A stretch of DNA of 64,000 bases from an uncultured Spirochaetota bacterium (GTDB lineage Bacteria > Spirochaetota > Brevinematia > Brevinematales > JAOACQ01), in NCBI GenBank assembly GCA_963835575.1, contig CAWIGG010000002.1, positions 1,440,001 through 1,504,000 on the forward strand, read 5' to 3'. The notes under the pieces are model-generated. The model had not been told where the DNA came from, searched no databases, and saw only the letters and a program-made list of their open reading frames with translations. The position numbers were made by a program, and so were the translations under genes. Positions 9,690-20,738 of the stretch are shown piece after piece (position 1 is the first letter of the stretch; each line of letters begins with the position of its first letter).

Positions 9690-10592
9690 ATGAAAAAATG
9701 TATTCTAACGGTTTTTATCATGCTGTCAAACCTGTTATTGATAACTTCTCTTTTTGCTCAAGATAATCTGATTACCAATTATACGGTTGAACTTCTGGTT
9801 GGGGACATCAGCGTCTCTCATAACGGCGGGAGTAATTGGATCAAGACATATGTCTATATGGAACTCTCGGAAAAAGACCTGATTAAAACCGGCCCGGATT
9901 CATACTGTGAGATTACCTTACCCAATGATAATGGAAGCATCCGTGTGATGGAAAATACAGTGGTTTCGATAGCTAAAAGCGGGCTGAATTTCAGATCAAA
10001 AGTCAGCATTGGAAAAGTATTGTTTGATATTATTAAAAAACTGGGAACAAAAGAAACTTTCGAGGTCGAGACGGAGACCGCCGTTGTAGCTGTCCGCGGT
10101 ACGGAGTTCTTCGTCGAGAGTGATGCGGAAACAGGAAGCTGCTCGGTCGTCCGCGGACAGGTGGCTGTAAAAAGAAATATCACTGTTAGAGAAAACGAAA
10201 GTTTCAGTAAAGAGGCTGAAGAAGCCTTTACCGCCAATGCCGGAGAAAATCAGCAGATAGAGTATACTAAAACTGAAAATAGAGAAATCATTTCTCAAAT
10301 CGAAAAAAATAAAGGGCGTCCGGATGAATTAAGAAAGATCCTGATTGACCAGAGGAAACTGGCCCTTACTAAACTCCATCCAATCAGGGAGAGGGAAAAG
10401 CTTTTTGCCATCCTGAAAAAACATCAGGATGAAAGAAAGACCATCATGCAAAGAAGGCCGCTGTTAAAACAAAAGCGTCTTGAGCAGTTAAAGCAGAAAA
10501 GGGCAAAGATCCTGAAAAGACAGGGGAACAGAAAAAAAATATCAGATGAAAAAAGACATCCCTTAAAAAAGAAATATAATGAAAAAGAATAA
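9690..10592 (+). CDS. FecR-domain secreted protein with basic C-terminal tail
   Basis: Signal peptide; D.IKTGPDSYCEI and FEVETETAVVAVRGTEFFV..V.RG.V motifs of the FecR domain. Confidence 0.82.
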   Translation: MKKCILTVFIMLSNLLLITSLFAQDNLITNYTVELLVGDISVSHNGGSNWIKTYVYMELSEKDLIKTGPDSYCEITLPNDNGSIRVMENTVVSIAKSGLNFRSKVSIGKVLFDIIKKLGTKETFEVETETAVVAVRGTEFFVESDAETGSCSVVRGQVAVKRNITVRENESFSKEAEEAFTANAGENQQIEYTKTENREIISQIEKNKGRPDELRKILIDQRKLALTKLHPIREREKLFAILKKHQDERKTIMQRRPLLKQKRLEQLKQKRAKILKRQGNRKKISDEKRHPLKKKYNEKE

Positions 10593-10672
10593 AGATAAAA
10601 TGTAATAAGGAATGGGCTATTTAAACAATTAAAGGGGCCGCCAAATGGAGGGTTTGGCGCTTATGAATTCTC

Positions 10673-11692
10673 TCAAACCGGCAGACATTCGATGATTGAT
10701 ACCCCTTTATTTCCTATAATCTTATTTAATTTAAAATTTGTCCGGTTTAACAGGCGCCCGAACTCCTCTTTTGTCCTTTCTTTACCGCCGGGGCACATGA
10801 CCATCATTTGTATGTCATTACTTATTCCGGAAAGATTATTTCTTGTTATGATATGATCAATAATTAATAATTTTCCTCCCGGTGAAATTGATTTCCTGCA
10901 GTTTTCCAAAATCCTTATTACTTTAGTGTCATCCCAGTCATGGAGGATCCTTTTTAAAATATAACAATCACCTCCTTTCGGAATATTTAAAAACATATCT
11001 CCCGGTTCGGATTTGATGTTGTTTCTTAATTTTGATATAGAAATATATATTTCCGCCTCTTTTACCACATCAATTAAATCATACAATACACCATGGCAAT
11101 TCCTATATTTTTCTATAATAGCTGTTAATAAAGAACCGTTTCCCCCGCCAATATCGACTATTTTACTAAATTTTGAAAAATCATATTCTTTCAATATCTT
11201 TGGAATTTCATAGTTTGTAAATATTCTCATGCTTTTATTAAATGCCTCTCCCGATTCAGGGTTTTTATTATAGTATTCAAATAAATCCATACCAAAGACC
11301 TTCAGAAAAGGGCTTTCTCCAGTTTTTACGGCATAAAGTAATTCACCCCATGGTTTCCAGTTCGCTTCTTCTCCCCTCATTATCGCAACCGGTCTGATTG
11401 AATCAGGATTATCTGAAATTAATAATTTCCCCTGTTTTGTTAAATGGAATTTATTATCTCTTTCTTCATATAAACCTATTCCTGCGAATGCTCTTAAAAT
11501 ACGATAAAGTGAATCCCTATGTGTTTTTGTCAATTCGGCCAACTCATCAACTGTTTTTTCACCATATTCCAAAAAATCCGAAATCCCCAAAACTGCCGCT
11601 ATATATAATAATTGATTTTCTCTATAAGCATGGAGCTTAAGCAGTAATATTCCTTTAACTAAAAATTTCGGCATCAATTTCCAGAATTTCAT
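10673..11692 (-). CDS. SAM-dependent O-methyltransferase (COMT/Methyltransf_2 type)
   Basis: N-terminal winged-helix dimerisation region (LYRILRAFAGIG); VDIGGGNG, GDMF, ILHDWDD and GGKERT motifs. Confidence 0.9.
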   Translation of the reverse strand: MKFWKLMPKFLVKGILLLKLHAYRENQLLYIAAVLGISDFLEYGEKTVDELAELTKTHRDSLYRILRAFAGIGLYEERDNKFHLTKQGKLLISDNPDSIRPVAIMRGEEANWKPWGELLYAVKTGESPFLKVFGMDLFEYYNKNPESGEAFNKSMRIFTNYEIPKILKEYDFSKFSKIVDIGGGNGSLLTAIIEKYRNCHGVLYDLIDVVKEAEIYISISKLRNNIKSEPGDMFLNIPKGGDCYILKRILHDWDDTKVIRILENCRKSISPGGKLLIIDHIITRNNLSGISNDIQMMVMCPGGKERTKEEFGRLLNRTNFKLNKIIGNKGVSIIECLPV

Positions 11693-11726
11693 AACAATCT
11701 CCTTATATTTAATTTTAATATCTGTA

Positions 11727-12362
11727 TCATAACCTTTTATAAATCTGCATCATGATTTTTTCAAAGCTGATCAAGCTTCCTTTTTCTAATCCAAGCGTTT
11801 TTTCAACCGAATCTATCCATGCGGAAACGCACTTTTCAAACTCCTCTCTTGTACGGTGAAACAAACCCGGATCAAAAAGAATATGAGATGTCACAAACAT
11901 TGACTCCGCGAATTCCTTCGGATATTCTGTTTTACAAATCCCCGATTCAATACCTTCCTCGATAAGCCGTGTATAGAAAGGCGTCAATTTCTGCGCCATA
12001 ACCGTCAGGATACGGGTGTGAATATCGGCAGATTGAATACTATGCAGGTAGCCTGAATTTTTCATATTTACACTTATTTCTGCCTTCGCCAGATTCTCCA
12101 GTTTTTGCTTCATGTCCCAATCCTGACGGTTCATACAGACTTCGGCATCCTTTATGATCTCATCTGTGTAACGGCCAATTATTGCGTTAATGACATCCTC
12201 TTTAGTTTTGAAATAATAATAGAATGTCCCCTGAGCAACGCCAATCTCTTTTACAATCTCACTGACCGAAGTCTGAATATATCCCTTTTCAATAAAAAGT
12301 CTCTGGGCAGTATCCAGAATTTCATTCTTTCTCACTTCCGGATCTTTCGTTGTCCTGGTCAT
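11727..12362 (-). CDS. TetR/AcrR family transcriptional regulator
   Basis: RKNEILDTAQRLFIEKGY..TSVSEIVKEIGVAQGTFYYYFKTKE helix-turn-helix. Confidence 0.92.
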   Translation of the reverse strand: MTRTTKDPEVRKNEILDTAQRLFIEKGYIQTSVSEIVKEIGVAQGTFYYYFKTKEDVINAIIGRYTDEIIKDAEVCMNRQDWDMKQKLENLAKAEISVNMKNSGYLHSIQSADIHTRILTVMAQKLTPFYTRLIEEGIESGICKTEYPKEFAESMFVTSHILFDPGLFHRTREEFEKCVSAWIDSVEKTLGLEKGSLISFEKIMMQIYKRL

Positions 12363-12388
12363 GGGACCTCCTTTTATTCATAAAAAGA

Positions 12389-12856
12389 TTACCAGATTTT
12401 AGCGAAAATCGATAGAACTATAAGCGTTATTGGTATTATCAGATCTGTAAAAATTATCGCCGGGTTGCCGGGTTTATGATTTTTGTTTTTTAACAAATCC
12501 ATTATGTGGATTATGGCGGCTCCTATAATCATCGGGCAGAAAATCACGATGATGCCGATCCATAATACACTTTTGTACCAAATCGATAAAATTCCTGCAA
12601 ATGCCCAACCTATTTGAGATAACCCGAGTTCCTTCTGGAATAAATTTCCCCTTGGCCAGCCGTTTTTATCGGCAATCATATCTGATTTAAACACTTGACC
12701 GATAAAACATACCAGTCCTGACAAAGTCACAGTAACCGTTATTTGATAAAAAAGTAAATTATATGCTATTGACTGAACAGTTCTCAGTGACGGATCAATA
12801 ATAGTTGAAATAACCCCTGAAATGATCCCGATTAACCAGAAGGATAAAAAAATCAT
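12389..12856 (-). CDS. Membrane protein (DUF6790-like)
   Basis: AGGAGG RBS before ATG 12856; about 4-5 TM helices; A..GWP.GNLFQKELG and N..PGN motifs. Confidence 0.7.
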   Translation of the reverse strand: MIFLSFWLIGIISGVISTIIDPSLRTVQSIAYNLLFYQITVTVTLSGLVCFIGQVFKSDMIADKNGWPRGNLFQKELGLSQIGWAFAGILSIWYKSVLWIGIIVIFCPMIIGAAIIHIMDLLKNKNHKPGNPAIIFTDLIIPITLIVLSIFAKIW

Positions 12857-12873
12857 TGTCTTCCTCCTTATTA

Positions 12874-12925
12874 TGACTGACAATCAGTCAATAATATTAT
12901 AGCTCATTGACTGACAATCAGTCAA
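12874..12925 (-). promoter_or_regulatory. Twin TetR-type operators overlapping the promoter
   Basis: Identical palindrome TGACTGACAATCAGTCA at 12874-12890 and 12908-12924; minus-strand TTGACT (12925-12920), 18 bp, TATAAT (12901-12896). Confidence 0.8.
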
Positions 12926-13246
12926 GTGTTTTTAAAAAATATTTTTATGATTAATAAATTTTATGGTATTATTATCAGAATGTTGTTAAGTATAGAATGG
13001 GAAAAGCCAAAAAAATATCCCTGTTTCCTGATTTTTATGCTAGAACACATACCGCAGTTTCCGGTATAATATTAATTACATGAAATATTAAAAGAGTCGT
13101 TTATTACTTCCCTATTGTGAAGATGATATGCCTAAAATAATTTTCAATTTAGGTAAACTAATACTTTTTATCGAAGTATCTTAATTTGTATATTCAGCCC
13201 ATCAGGCTATTTCTATTACATTGGTTACATAAGGCAAATTGTTTAA

Positions 13247-13275
13247 TTGACATAACAAAACCCTGAAATTATAAT
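13247..13275 (+). promoter_or_regulatory. Sigma70 promoter of the interrupted ankyrin gene
   Basis: TTGACA, 17 bp, TATAAT: perfect consensus, followed by AGGAG RBS and ATG 13299. Confidence 0.75.
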
Positions 13276-13360
13276 TCTTCAATTACAGGAGTGATTACAT
13301 GAAAAAGGTGATTATTTCAATTTTACTTTGTATGTTTTCAATTGATTTTTACGGAGCAGC

Positions 13361-15035
13361 TTGCCTGTCGGTTATTTCATTTTCGGAGTCAAACCAGCCC
13401 CTTACAATAAGCGGGCAAATAAAAATTTTGTCAGCTTAGCTGATTTTAATAATAAATTTCGAATAATCGATACTCAGACTATACAAAATCCTCTCTATTT
13501 TCTCAAATATTGGGCATATTTCATAAAATTATGCGCAAGGGATACCCAGCATAGCTCCAAATTCACTTTCCGTTGACCTCTGTAAACTGTCTGAACATAA
13601 CCCTTCTGTGTTTTGATGTTTGAAAATACGTGTTCTTTACCTATCCTGCGGTTGTATATCTTTTGCCCTTCTTCGCTGTAAAGTTTTGTTAAATAAGCAT
13701 CAATCTTAGACCGATTATTCAATTCAAACTCACTGAAAATTACTGTCTTTTGCTGTGTTTTCGGTTTGATGTTTTTATAACACTCACTGAAAAATGGACA
13801 TCTTTCACAGCCCTTCCGTGAATACAAAAATGTATATCTTTGGTTATTTCGATCTAAATACCCATTTTCCTTACGGCCGCCCCGGCATCCCAGGATATAT
13901 TCGTCATCAATCTTTTCCAGTTTAAAGTCTCTTCGCTTCTGTGATTTATCACTGAAATCCCGCTCTTTCGTATCCACATAAAGGTCTTTTCCTTCCTCCA
14001 CCATCCGGATTGTCTCTTCCATGTCCTGAAAACCCGAATCAAAAAGGTATTTGCTAGCCTTATCAACTTTTAATTCCGCTTTTTTCTGTTCCACCCTCTT
14101 TACCATTTCTTCCGTATGCTGTTTTTCCGGTGTTGTGATTGCTTCAAAATCTATAATCACATCATTATTACTGACCATCATCGCCGAATTATATCCCTGT
14201 ATAAACACACTATGCGGATTTCCAGACATCAGCTTGCTTTCGGGATCAGTCAGGTTGGTGAATTCTTCGTCTGTCTTTTCCCCTCTCTCTACCTGTTTTT
14301 TGTATTCATCGATTTGGTTCAAAACACTATCGTAAATCTTTTTCCGCCTTGATACCCGCTTCTTCTCCGCTTCGTAATAAGGCTGCTCCAGCTTGCCTTC
14401 CCGGTAAGATTCTTCCAGTTCCAGGTCTTGTTTCACAATCTTTTCCGCCATCTTCTGGTAAGTGTCCATCAGCTTCCGGGTATGTTTCTTTCCCACATTC
14501 TTATTCTTACTCGCGTAGGCCTTGATCTTTGTGCCGTCACCCACTACCATGTCCCAATCTATAGACCCCATTTCGTTGAGTATATATAAAAGCTGGCTGA
14601 ACAACTCCTCGATCTTTTCCTGAAAAAGTACCTTGAACTCGCAAATTACCGAATGGTCAATTTTCAGCCGGTTTGAAACATACATAAACCCAATGTGTTT
14701 TTTCAGCAAATCTTCTATCTTTCGGCTGATACGATTTCCCGTAATGTAACCGTAGAGTACCGCACAGATCACATCCCGAGGATTTTTAATCTCTCTGCCT
14801 CTATGGTCGTTCTTATAGTAAGCCGCGAAATCCTCCAGTTTAATACGGTTTTTGATGAATTCTTTTAGTATAAATTCTCTGGAATTCTCATCAAACTGCT
14901 CGCCTATATTGATCGCGAGGAACTCACCCTGCTCCAGGCTGTTCTTTTCAAATCTTGCCATCTTTTTCTCCCGTTTTATTTTAACGGGAACCCTGCCGTA
15001 TGTCCATGAAGCATGTTATAAAAACCGACAGGCAA
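13361..15035 (-). mobile_element. IS1182-family insertion sequence
   Basis: 13-bp perfect terminal IR TTGCCTGTCGGTT / AACCGACAGGCAA; 4-bp target duplication CAGC (13357-13360, 15036-15039). Confidence 0.88.
13495..14961 (-). CDS. IS1182-family transposase
   Basis: LYGY..G..SRKIE, DGTKIKAYAS, NLTDPESKLM, QGYN, DSGF and YNRR..KEHVFSNIK motifs. Confidence 0.88.
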   Translation of the reverse strand: MARFEKNSLEQGEFLAINIGEQFDENSREFILKEFIKNRIKLEDFAAYYKNDHRGREIKNPRDVICAVLYGYITGNRISRKIEDLLKKHIGFMYVSNRLKIDHSVICEFKVLFQEKIEELFSQLLYILNEMGSIDWDMVVGDGTKIKAYASKNKNVGKKHTRKLMDTYQKMAEKIVKQDLELEESYREGKLEQPYYEAEKKRVSRRKKIYDSVLNQIDEYKKQVERGEKTDEEFTNLTDPESKLMSGNPHSVFIQGYNSAMMVSNNDVIIDFEAITTPEKQHTEEMVKRVEQKKAELKVDKASKYLFDSGFQDMEETIRMVEEGKDLYVDTKERDFSDKSQKRRDFKLEKIDDEYILGCRGGRKENGYLDRNNQRYTFLYSRKGCERCPFFSECYKNIKPKTQQKTVIFSEFELNNRSKIDAYLTKLYSEEGQKIYNRRIGKEHVFSNIKTQKGYVQTVYRGQRKVNLELCWVSLAHNFMKYAQYLRK

Positions 15036-18000
15036 CAGCGTAAAAAGAAATACTCGTCCTGCCGGTAATCACGAAGGAACGATTCAGCGGCTTACTTCTT
15101 CAGATGATACAAAACAAAATGGCGGATGAACTGGGAAAGTCAGGCTCGTTTAAAATAAATGAAAATCCGCTTTCAACTGCCATTCTTGAAAAATTAAAAT
15201 ATTCAGAATTTAATGCGGATAACTGCAATGAAATTTTCAAAAACTCCCCGGTTGATTTTGTATTATACAGTAAAGCGCTGACGGAGAAATCGGGCGGTAT
15301 TGATATGACCGGCTTGAAAATTAAAATTTATTCAAAGAAAAGCAGGGCCATAAAAATGGAATACAAATACAGCGCAGGCGGCCTGAATAACGAGAATGCA
15401 TTGGCGGAAAATATAGCGAAATATACCGCCGGCTATATCAAGGACCAATTGATCACGTCAAAAGAAAGCATAAAAAGCTATACTTCCTCTGATTTTATAT
15501 CTTCAATCTATGGAAATGACATTGAAAGGACCAGGATGATGCTGGAAGCAGGGGCGAACCCTGATGAACCTTACGATTCCCGTATGATCATGAGGAGAGA
15601 TGGAAAACCGGATGAAACAAAAATTATCAAGGAATACCTCGTGTTCTACATAATACAGAATGAAAAATTATCAACGGATGACAGAATAGAATTCATCCGG
15701 CTTTTTCATGAATTCAAGGCCGACTTTAACGTGATGAACTACAACAGCTATACTCCGCTCAACCTGCTGATGGAAAGTTATATCAAGATCAGCAATAAAA
15801 GTGAAATCATGCGGGAACTGCTGGACGCGGGCACGGACCCCAATATCACCAACAATGAAGGCCGGACGGCTCTTCAATCGGTGGTCAACAACTACGAAAA
15901 AAGGCCCATTGATGAAGTGACGAACATGGTAAAAACGCTCGTGGACCATGGCGCGGACATGAACATTTTTGATAAATACGGCACCTCCCCGTTGATGAAA
16001 GCGATTGAAGACGGCAATTTTACCGTGGTGGGAATGTTCCTGAAAAAAGGCGGAAAAAATAAACCTGCAGAACGCTGACGGATCCACGCCCCTATCATGC
16101 GCGGTATTTTTAAGGGACAATCCGCAGAAGTGGCTTGAGATGCTGAAGTTCCTGATCGATAACGGGGCGGGCATCAGCCTGACAAACGGCTATACGGTTC
16201 TTTCACAGGCCGTCGAGGATGACAAATATATTGACATAGTCAAATACCTCGTTTCAAAGGGCGTGGATATCAATATCGGCGATGATGACGGAATCACTTC
16301 CATGAACCTGGCAAAAGGGCATAAGAAAATCTACGAGTTTTTGAAAAGCAAAGGCGGCAGGATGTTTTCCTATGTGGTCCCCGCTGAAAATGATTCGCCG
16401 ATCTGCGCCGCGGTCCTCAATAAGGACATCAAATCGCTGGGTAAATTTCCTCTGAGCGATTATAAATCCATGCAGGCCAGGACATCGTTCGACGTGCCCG
16501 CGACCGTTCTGCACATCGCTGTGGAACAGAGAGACATCAATGTGATAAAGGCCCTCTGCGATCTCAAGGTGGACTGGAATGTTCCCGACCGCTATCACAG
16601 CTCCCCCTCTCTTCCTGGCCGTGATGGAAAACCGGGAAGACATAGCCAGCCTTCTCCTTCAAAACGGCGCCGATCCAGATGCTTATTATACCTATGGGAC
16701 TTCGCCCTTTACTTTCGCCGCGGGGAAGTATCCCGGGCTCCTGGAAATGCTTTTAAATTCGGGGAAAAAACCGTACAACAGCGATCCGATATACATCGCA
16801 GCGATGAACGGCAGACTGGATATGGTTAAGCGGCTCTATCCATTGTTTGAAAAAGGATTGAATACGAACATCATCGACTTTGCCGTGGATTCCGGCCGGA
16901 CGGAAATCGCCAGGTTTTTCACAAGTATGATGCCCGCCCTGCATGAAAAGGCGGACAGCCGGATAGCGAAAGCCGAAGCCAACAGGGTCCGTTTCCAGGA
17001 ATATGAGAAAATTAATTCATCCCCTTTGTCCGCTCCGAAAAAAACGGGAAATATTGCTGATAAAAAGGGATCGTTTCAATACATTCTGGAAGACCAGTCC
17101 CCTTATACCGCTGAAAAATTGAAACCGGAAATCATGAAAATACCGGTCGGAGTTTATGTTCCCAGGGATTATAATAAAGAAACGCCGTTCGGCCTGATGG
17201 TTTTTCTATCGTGGAATTACCCCGATAAAGAATACCGGAAAATACTGGATAAAAACCATATCCTGTGGATCGGGTTCGACTGCTATAAATAGAATACAAG
17301 CCGCTGTCCAGCGACCGCCGCCATGAAGTGTTCGCGCTCGCCATGGCTTATAACATGCTGGAATACTTCAACATCGATCCTTCGAGGATATATATTTCCG
17401 GCGCGTCATGGGGAGGACGGCTGTCAGGCAGAATAATATCCCGGTATCCCAATGTGTTTAAAGGGGCGATCGCCTCCGCGGGCTGCCAAAGAGACGACTG
17501 GGATGATGAAAAACAGCAGTACTGCGATTGCCTTTATCTGGCTCAAAAAAACACTGTCATGGTCACGACCGGGGATTATGACTATAACCGCCCGGAAGCA
17601 TATGCCATGTATGATTATTTCCTGGACAGGGATTTTCAAAATACTTATTATATCCAGGAACCCGGGAAATACCATGGCCCTCTGTCAGGCCCCTATTTTG
17701 AAAAAGCTGTCAACCTGCTGGGAATAAAAAAGAAGTAAAATATCAGTAAGGCCGAATGTATCCTGTTACTTTTTCGGAAGGCACTTATTTTTCTATTAGA
17801 GATTAGATTCTCTTTCATGAAAAATCGGGGTTTTTTAATGCATTATTAACAACAGGCGATTATAATTTTTTTCTGTCAGTTTTTTCTGATTATCATTTTT
17901 CCATAAAGGACTTTTAAGATACGTTTGATATCCGCCTGTTTTAGGATTTCCGTAAAACCTTTATAAAACTCGGAATTCCGGTAGTCATTCAGAATTTTCC

Positions 18001-18218
18001 TTATAAATTTTTATTTTTAAATAGAAATCTTACAGTATTTCCCATGACAGACCGCTATTTGAATTTATAAAAGCTTTGGCGGAGAGTCAGGAGGGCAAAA
18101 ATACAAAAAATGTTTTAAAGCTTGTTTAGAACAGCGATCGACATTTCCCCCGCAAGACCTTCACAACTTGCAAATTAACTGTCATTGATATAATATATTA
18201 TGGGGGCAGGGGAAAACC

Positions 18219-19013
18219 ATGGAAGAGATTATCCTTGACTGTAATGATGCCGCGCTGAAGGAAAGGCTGCCCGAACTCCTGTCAAAAGAACTGGCTTTCT
18301 CATTCGTTTTATATAATTTAACCGATGAACAGGAAAAATCGATCAACTGCCTCCTCGAACTCATCCTTGAGAAATACGGCCGCAAGGACCTGCTTGACAT
18401 AGTCTATTCATCCACAAAAGAGATGATCATAAACGCCACAAAATCGAATTTAAAACGCCTTGTTTTCAAGACTCTGGGCCTGAATATCAATAAGGATAGT
18501 GATTACAGGGAGGGGATGGTTTTTTTCAAGTCTTTTCTAAATGAAAAAACCCTGACGGAATATGAGAATAATTTCAAGCAAAATAATTTGCCGATCACAG
18601 TCACAATTTATTTCAGCCCTTTTGTTCTGAATATAAAAGTCAAGAACAACTTTACCCTCCTGCCTGTTGAAGAAAAGAGGATCCGGGATAAATTCGGCAA
18701 AGCGTCCGTTTATTCCAATCTCTTTGAATTCTTTACCGAATATGGAGATGAAACGGAAGGAGCCGGGATGGGCCTGACCCTGGTCGGGATCCTTCTGGAC
18801 CAGTCCGGCATATCCAAACATTCATTCGTTCTTTATTCGAGCGAGACATATAAAGAGACCATCGCGAAAATCGAGATCCCTCTTTCAAAGGAATACATAT
18901 CAAAGCGTCAGGCATTTTCCCGGGAAATGCAGGAAAAAGACATACCGGCCCTCGAACTCCGTAAGGGATTTGAGTATAATTTCAAGAAATTCATGGTTGA
19001 AAGAAAAGATTGA
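18219..19013 (+). CDS. Hypothetical protein with GHKL/HATPase-like motifs
   Basis: N-box-like KEMIINATKSN and G-box-like EGAGMGL; no DHp, receiver or TM domain seen. Confidence 0.6.
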   Translation: MEEIILDCNDAALKERLPELLSKELAFSFVLYNLTDEQEKSINCLLELILEKYGRKDLLDIVYSSTKEMIINATKSNLKRLVFKTLGLNINKDSDYREGMVFFKSFLNEKTLTEYENNFKQNNLPITVTIYFSPFVLNIKVKNNFTLLPVEEKRIRDKFGKASVYSNLFEFFTEYGDETEGAGMGLTLVGILLDQSGISKHSFVLYSSETYKETIAKIEIPLSKEYISKRQAFSREMQEKDIPALELRKGFEYNFKKFMVERKD

Positions 19014-19210
19014 TTATTTTGATATCTCTTTATAACAATTCATTGCCGCGTCATTGCTATAATTTGTAAAATGAACAGGATATTCCTTTAAAAACTGCCG
19101 GTTTGTATTTAAGTCTTTTTTGTCTTTTTGTTAACCGCTTTTTATAATTTTCCCTATCATTTTACATTACAATCATTTTTCCCCTCTGTTTATGATTATA
19201 AAGGAATTTT

Positions 19211-20584
19211 ATGATACGTTTGATTACCGCCTACTTTAAAAAAGAAAGGGATTTCTACAAAACTTTTATAAAACTCGGAATTCCGGTGGCCCTTCAGAAT
19301 TTTCTGGCGGCCTCATTCGGTTTTATCGACAATATAATGGTCGGACAGCTCGGCGACATCCCTGTCGCGGCCGTGGGGCTGGCAAACCAGTATTATTTTA
19401 TTTTGTTTCTTGTAATGCAGGGAGTGGGGGGAGGGACAGCGCTTTTTGTGTCCCAGTTCTGGGGCAAAAAAAATATAAAGCGGATCAGGAACGTTATCGG
19501 CCTCGGACTGACCCTCTCGTTAATTTCTTCATTGCTGTTTTTTTTCTCTGCCTTTTTCGTGCCCCGGTTCATAATGGGTTTGTTTTCAGCTGATACAGGC
19601 GTTATCCGGCTTGGCTCAGTATTTTTAAGAATCTACGCCTTCAGCTATATTCCAATGGCGCTTAATTTCTGCCTGGCGGCCGCCCTCAGGAGCATGCACA
19701 AAGTGAACATTCCCTTACAGGCTAATATTCTGGGCATAGCGGTAAACACTTCACTCAATTATGTGCTGATATTCGGAAAACTGGGTTTCCCTGTAATGGG
19801 CGTCGCGGGAGCGGCTGTCGCGACGGTAATCGCTCAAACCATTGCCCTGCTTTTCCTGGTTTTCCGCTCTTACAGAGTAATGCCGGAATTATTCCATGGC
19901 GCGAAGACGGTCTTTAAAATTTCAAGGGACCTTGTTAAAAGGTTTACTGTCCAGACCGGCACGATGATCGGTAAAGACCTCATCTGGGTCCTGGGTATCT
20001 CCGCTTATATGGCCATATACGCCAGGATCGGTACAGACGCCGCCGCTTCGATCAATATCACGAGTGTTGTCAGACAGCTGACCATAGTACTTTTCGCCGG
20101 GATAGCCAACGCCAGCCAGATCCTTGTAGGAAATAATATCGGGGGCAACAATAAGGCAAAAGCTTATCAGTATGCCTCGAAATTCCTGAAAATCACGCTT
20201 TTCCTGGGGGTGATATTCGGGATAATAATCATTCTCACAAGATACCTGTTCTTACTGCCGTATAAAGTTTCAAATTCCGTTATTACCGGCGCCGCCGGGG
20301 TCATGCTCTTTTACGGTTTTTCATTTTTCTTTTACGTTTACAATATGGTAGCCGTCATGGGCGTTATGAGGCCGGGGGGCGATAATTTCTTCTGCGCCGT
20401 CATGGATACCATCGCCGTATGGATCATCGGCCTGCCGCTCGCCCTCCTGGCGGGGTTTGTCTGGAAACTGCCCCTGGAGTGGGTGTTCGGGTTTATTTCC
20501 ATACAGGAAGTCTTCAAAGCGATTCTCCTCACCTGGCGGTTCAGGTCGCGGAAATGGATCCACAACCTGGTGCATGATATGTAG
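19211..20584 (+). CDS. MATE family efflux transporter
   Basis: IDNIMVGQLGD.PVAAVGLA, SQFWG, LNYVLIFGKLGFP.MGVAGAAVAT motifs; about 12 TM helices. Confidence 0.92.
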   Translation: MIRLITAYFKKERDFYKTFIKLGIPVALQNFLAASFGFIDNIMVGQLGDIPVAAVGLANQYYFILFLVMQGVGGGTALFVSQFWGKKNIKRIRNVIGLGLTLSLISSLLFFFSAFFVPRFIMGLFSADTGVIRLGSVFLRIYAFSYIPMALNFCLAAALRSMHKVNIPLQANILGIAVNTSLNYVLIFGKLGFPVMGVAGAAVATVIAQTIALLFLVFRSYRVMPELFHGAKTVFKISRDLVKRFTVQTGTMIGKDLIWVLGISAYMAIYARIGTDAAASINITSVVRQLTIVLFAGIANASQILVGNNIGGNNKAKAYQYASKFLKITLFLGVIFGIIIILTRYLFLLPYKVSNSVITGAAGVMLFYGFSFFFYVYNMVAVMGVMRPGGDNFFCAVMDTIAVWIIGLPLALLAGFVWKLPLEWVFGFISIQEVFKAILLTWRFRSRKWIHNLVHDM

Positions 20585-20738
20585 GGCGGGACCGGAACTG
20601 CCGATTTTATGACTTTTCTACATATTTTTACTATTGCGGAGCTTGAAAAAAACAGCATTATTTTGAAATTTAAACACTTTTCCTATATACTAAAATGATC
20701 TGGAAGTTTATTTAAATGCCTATCTGCCGGGGAGCAAT

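Larger units (their letters stand above)
13299..17738 (+). pseudogene. Secreted ankyrin-repeat / alpha-beta hydrolase fusion, disrupted
   Basis: Signal peptide MKKVIISILLCMFSIDFYGAA is cut by IS1182. Removing the IS and one CAGC restores frame into ORF 15104 but leaves TAA at 15041. Single-base frameshifts near 16054-16059, 16603-16607 and 17287-17289 join ORFs 15104, 16140, 16579 and 17328. Ankyrin motifs (GRTALQ, GTSPLM, GAGIS, GVDIN) and hydrolase motif RIYISGASWGG. Confidence 0.82.

Noticed and set aside
17290..17292. TAG as a second amber readthrough site
   Set aside because: The downstream coding sequence is in another frame, so this is a frameshift and does not support recoding.
18077..18095. 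TGGCGGAGAGTCAGGAGG resembling another tRNA-Ser 3' fragment
   Set aside because: Short match, lacks GATTC and the downstream sequence shared by the three att-like copies.
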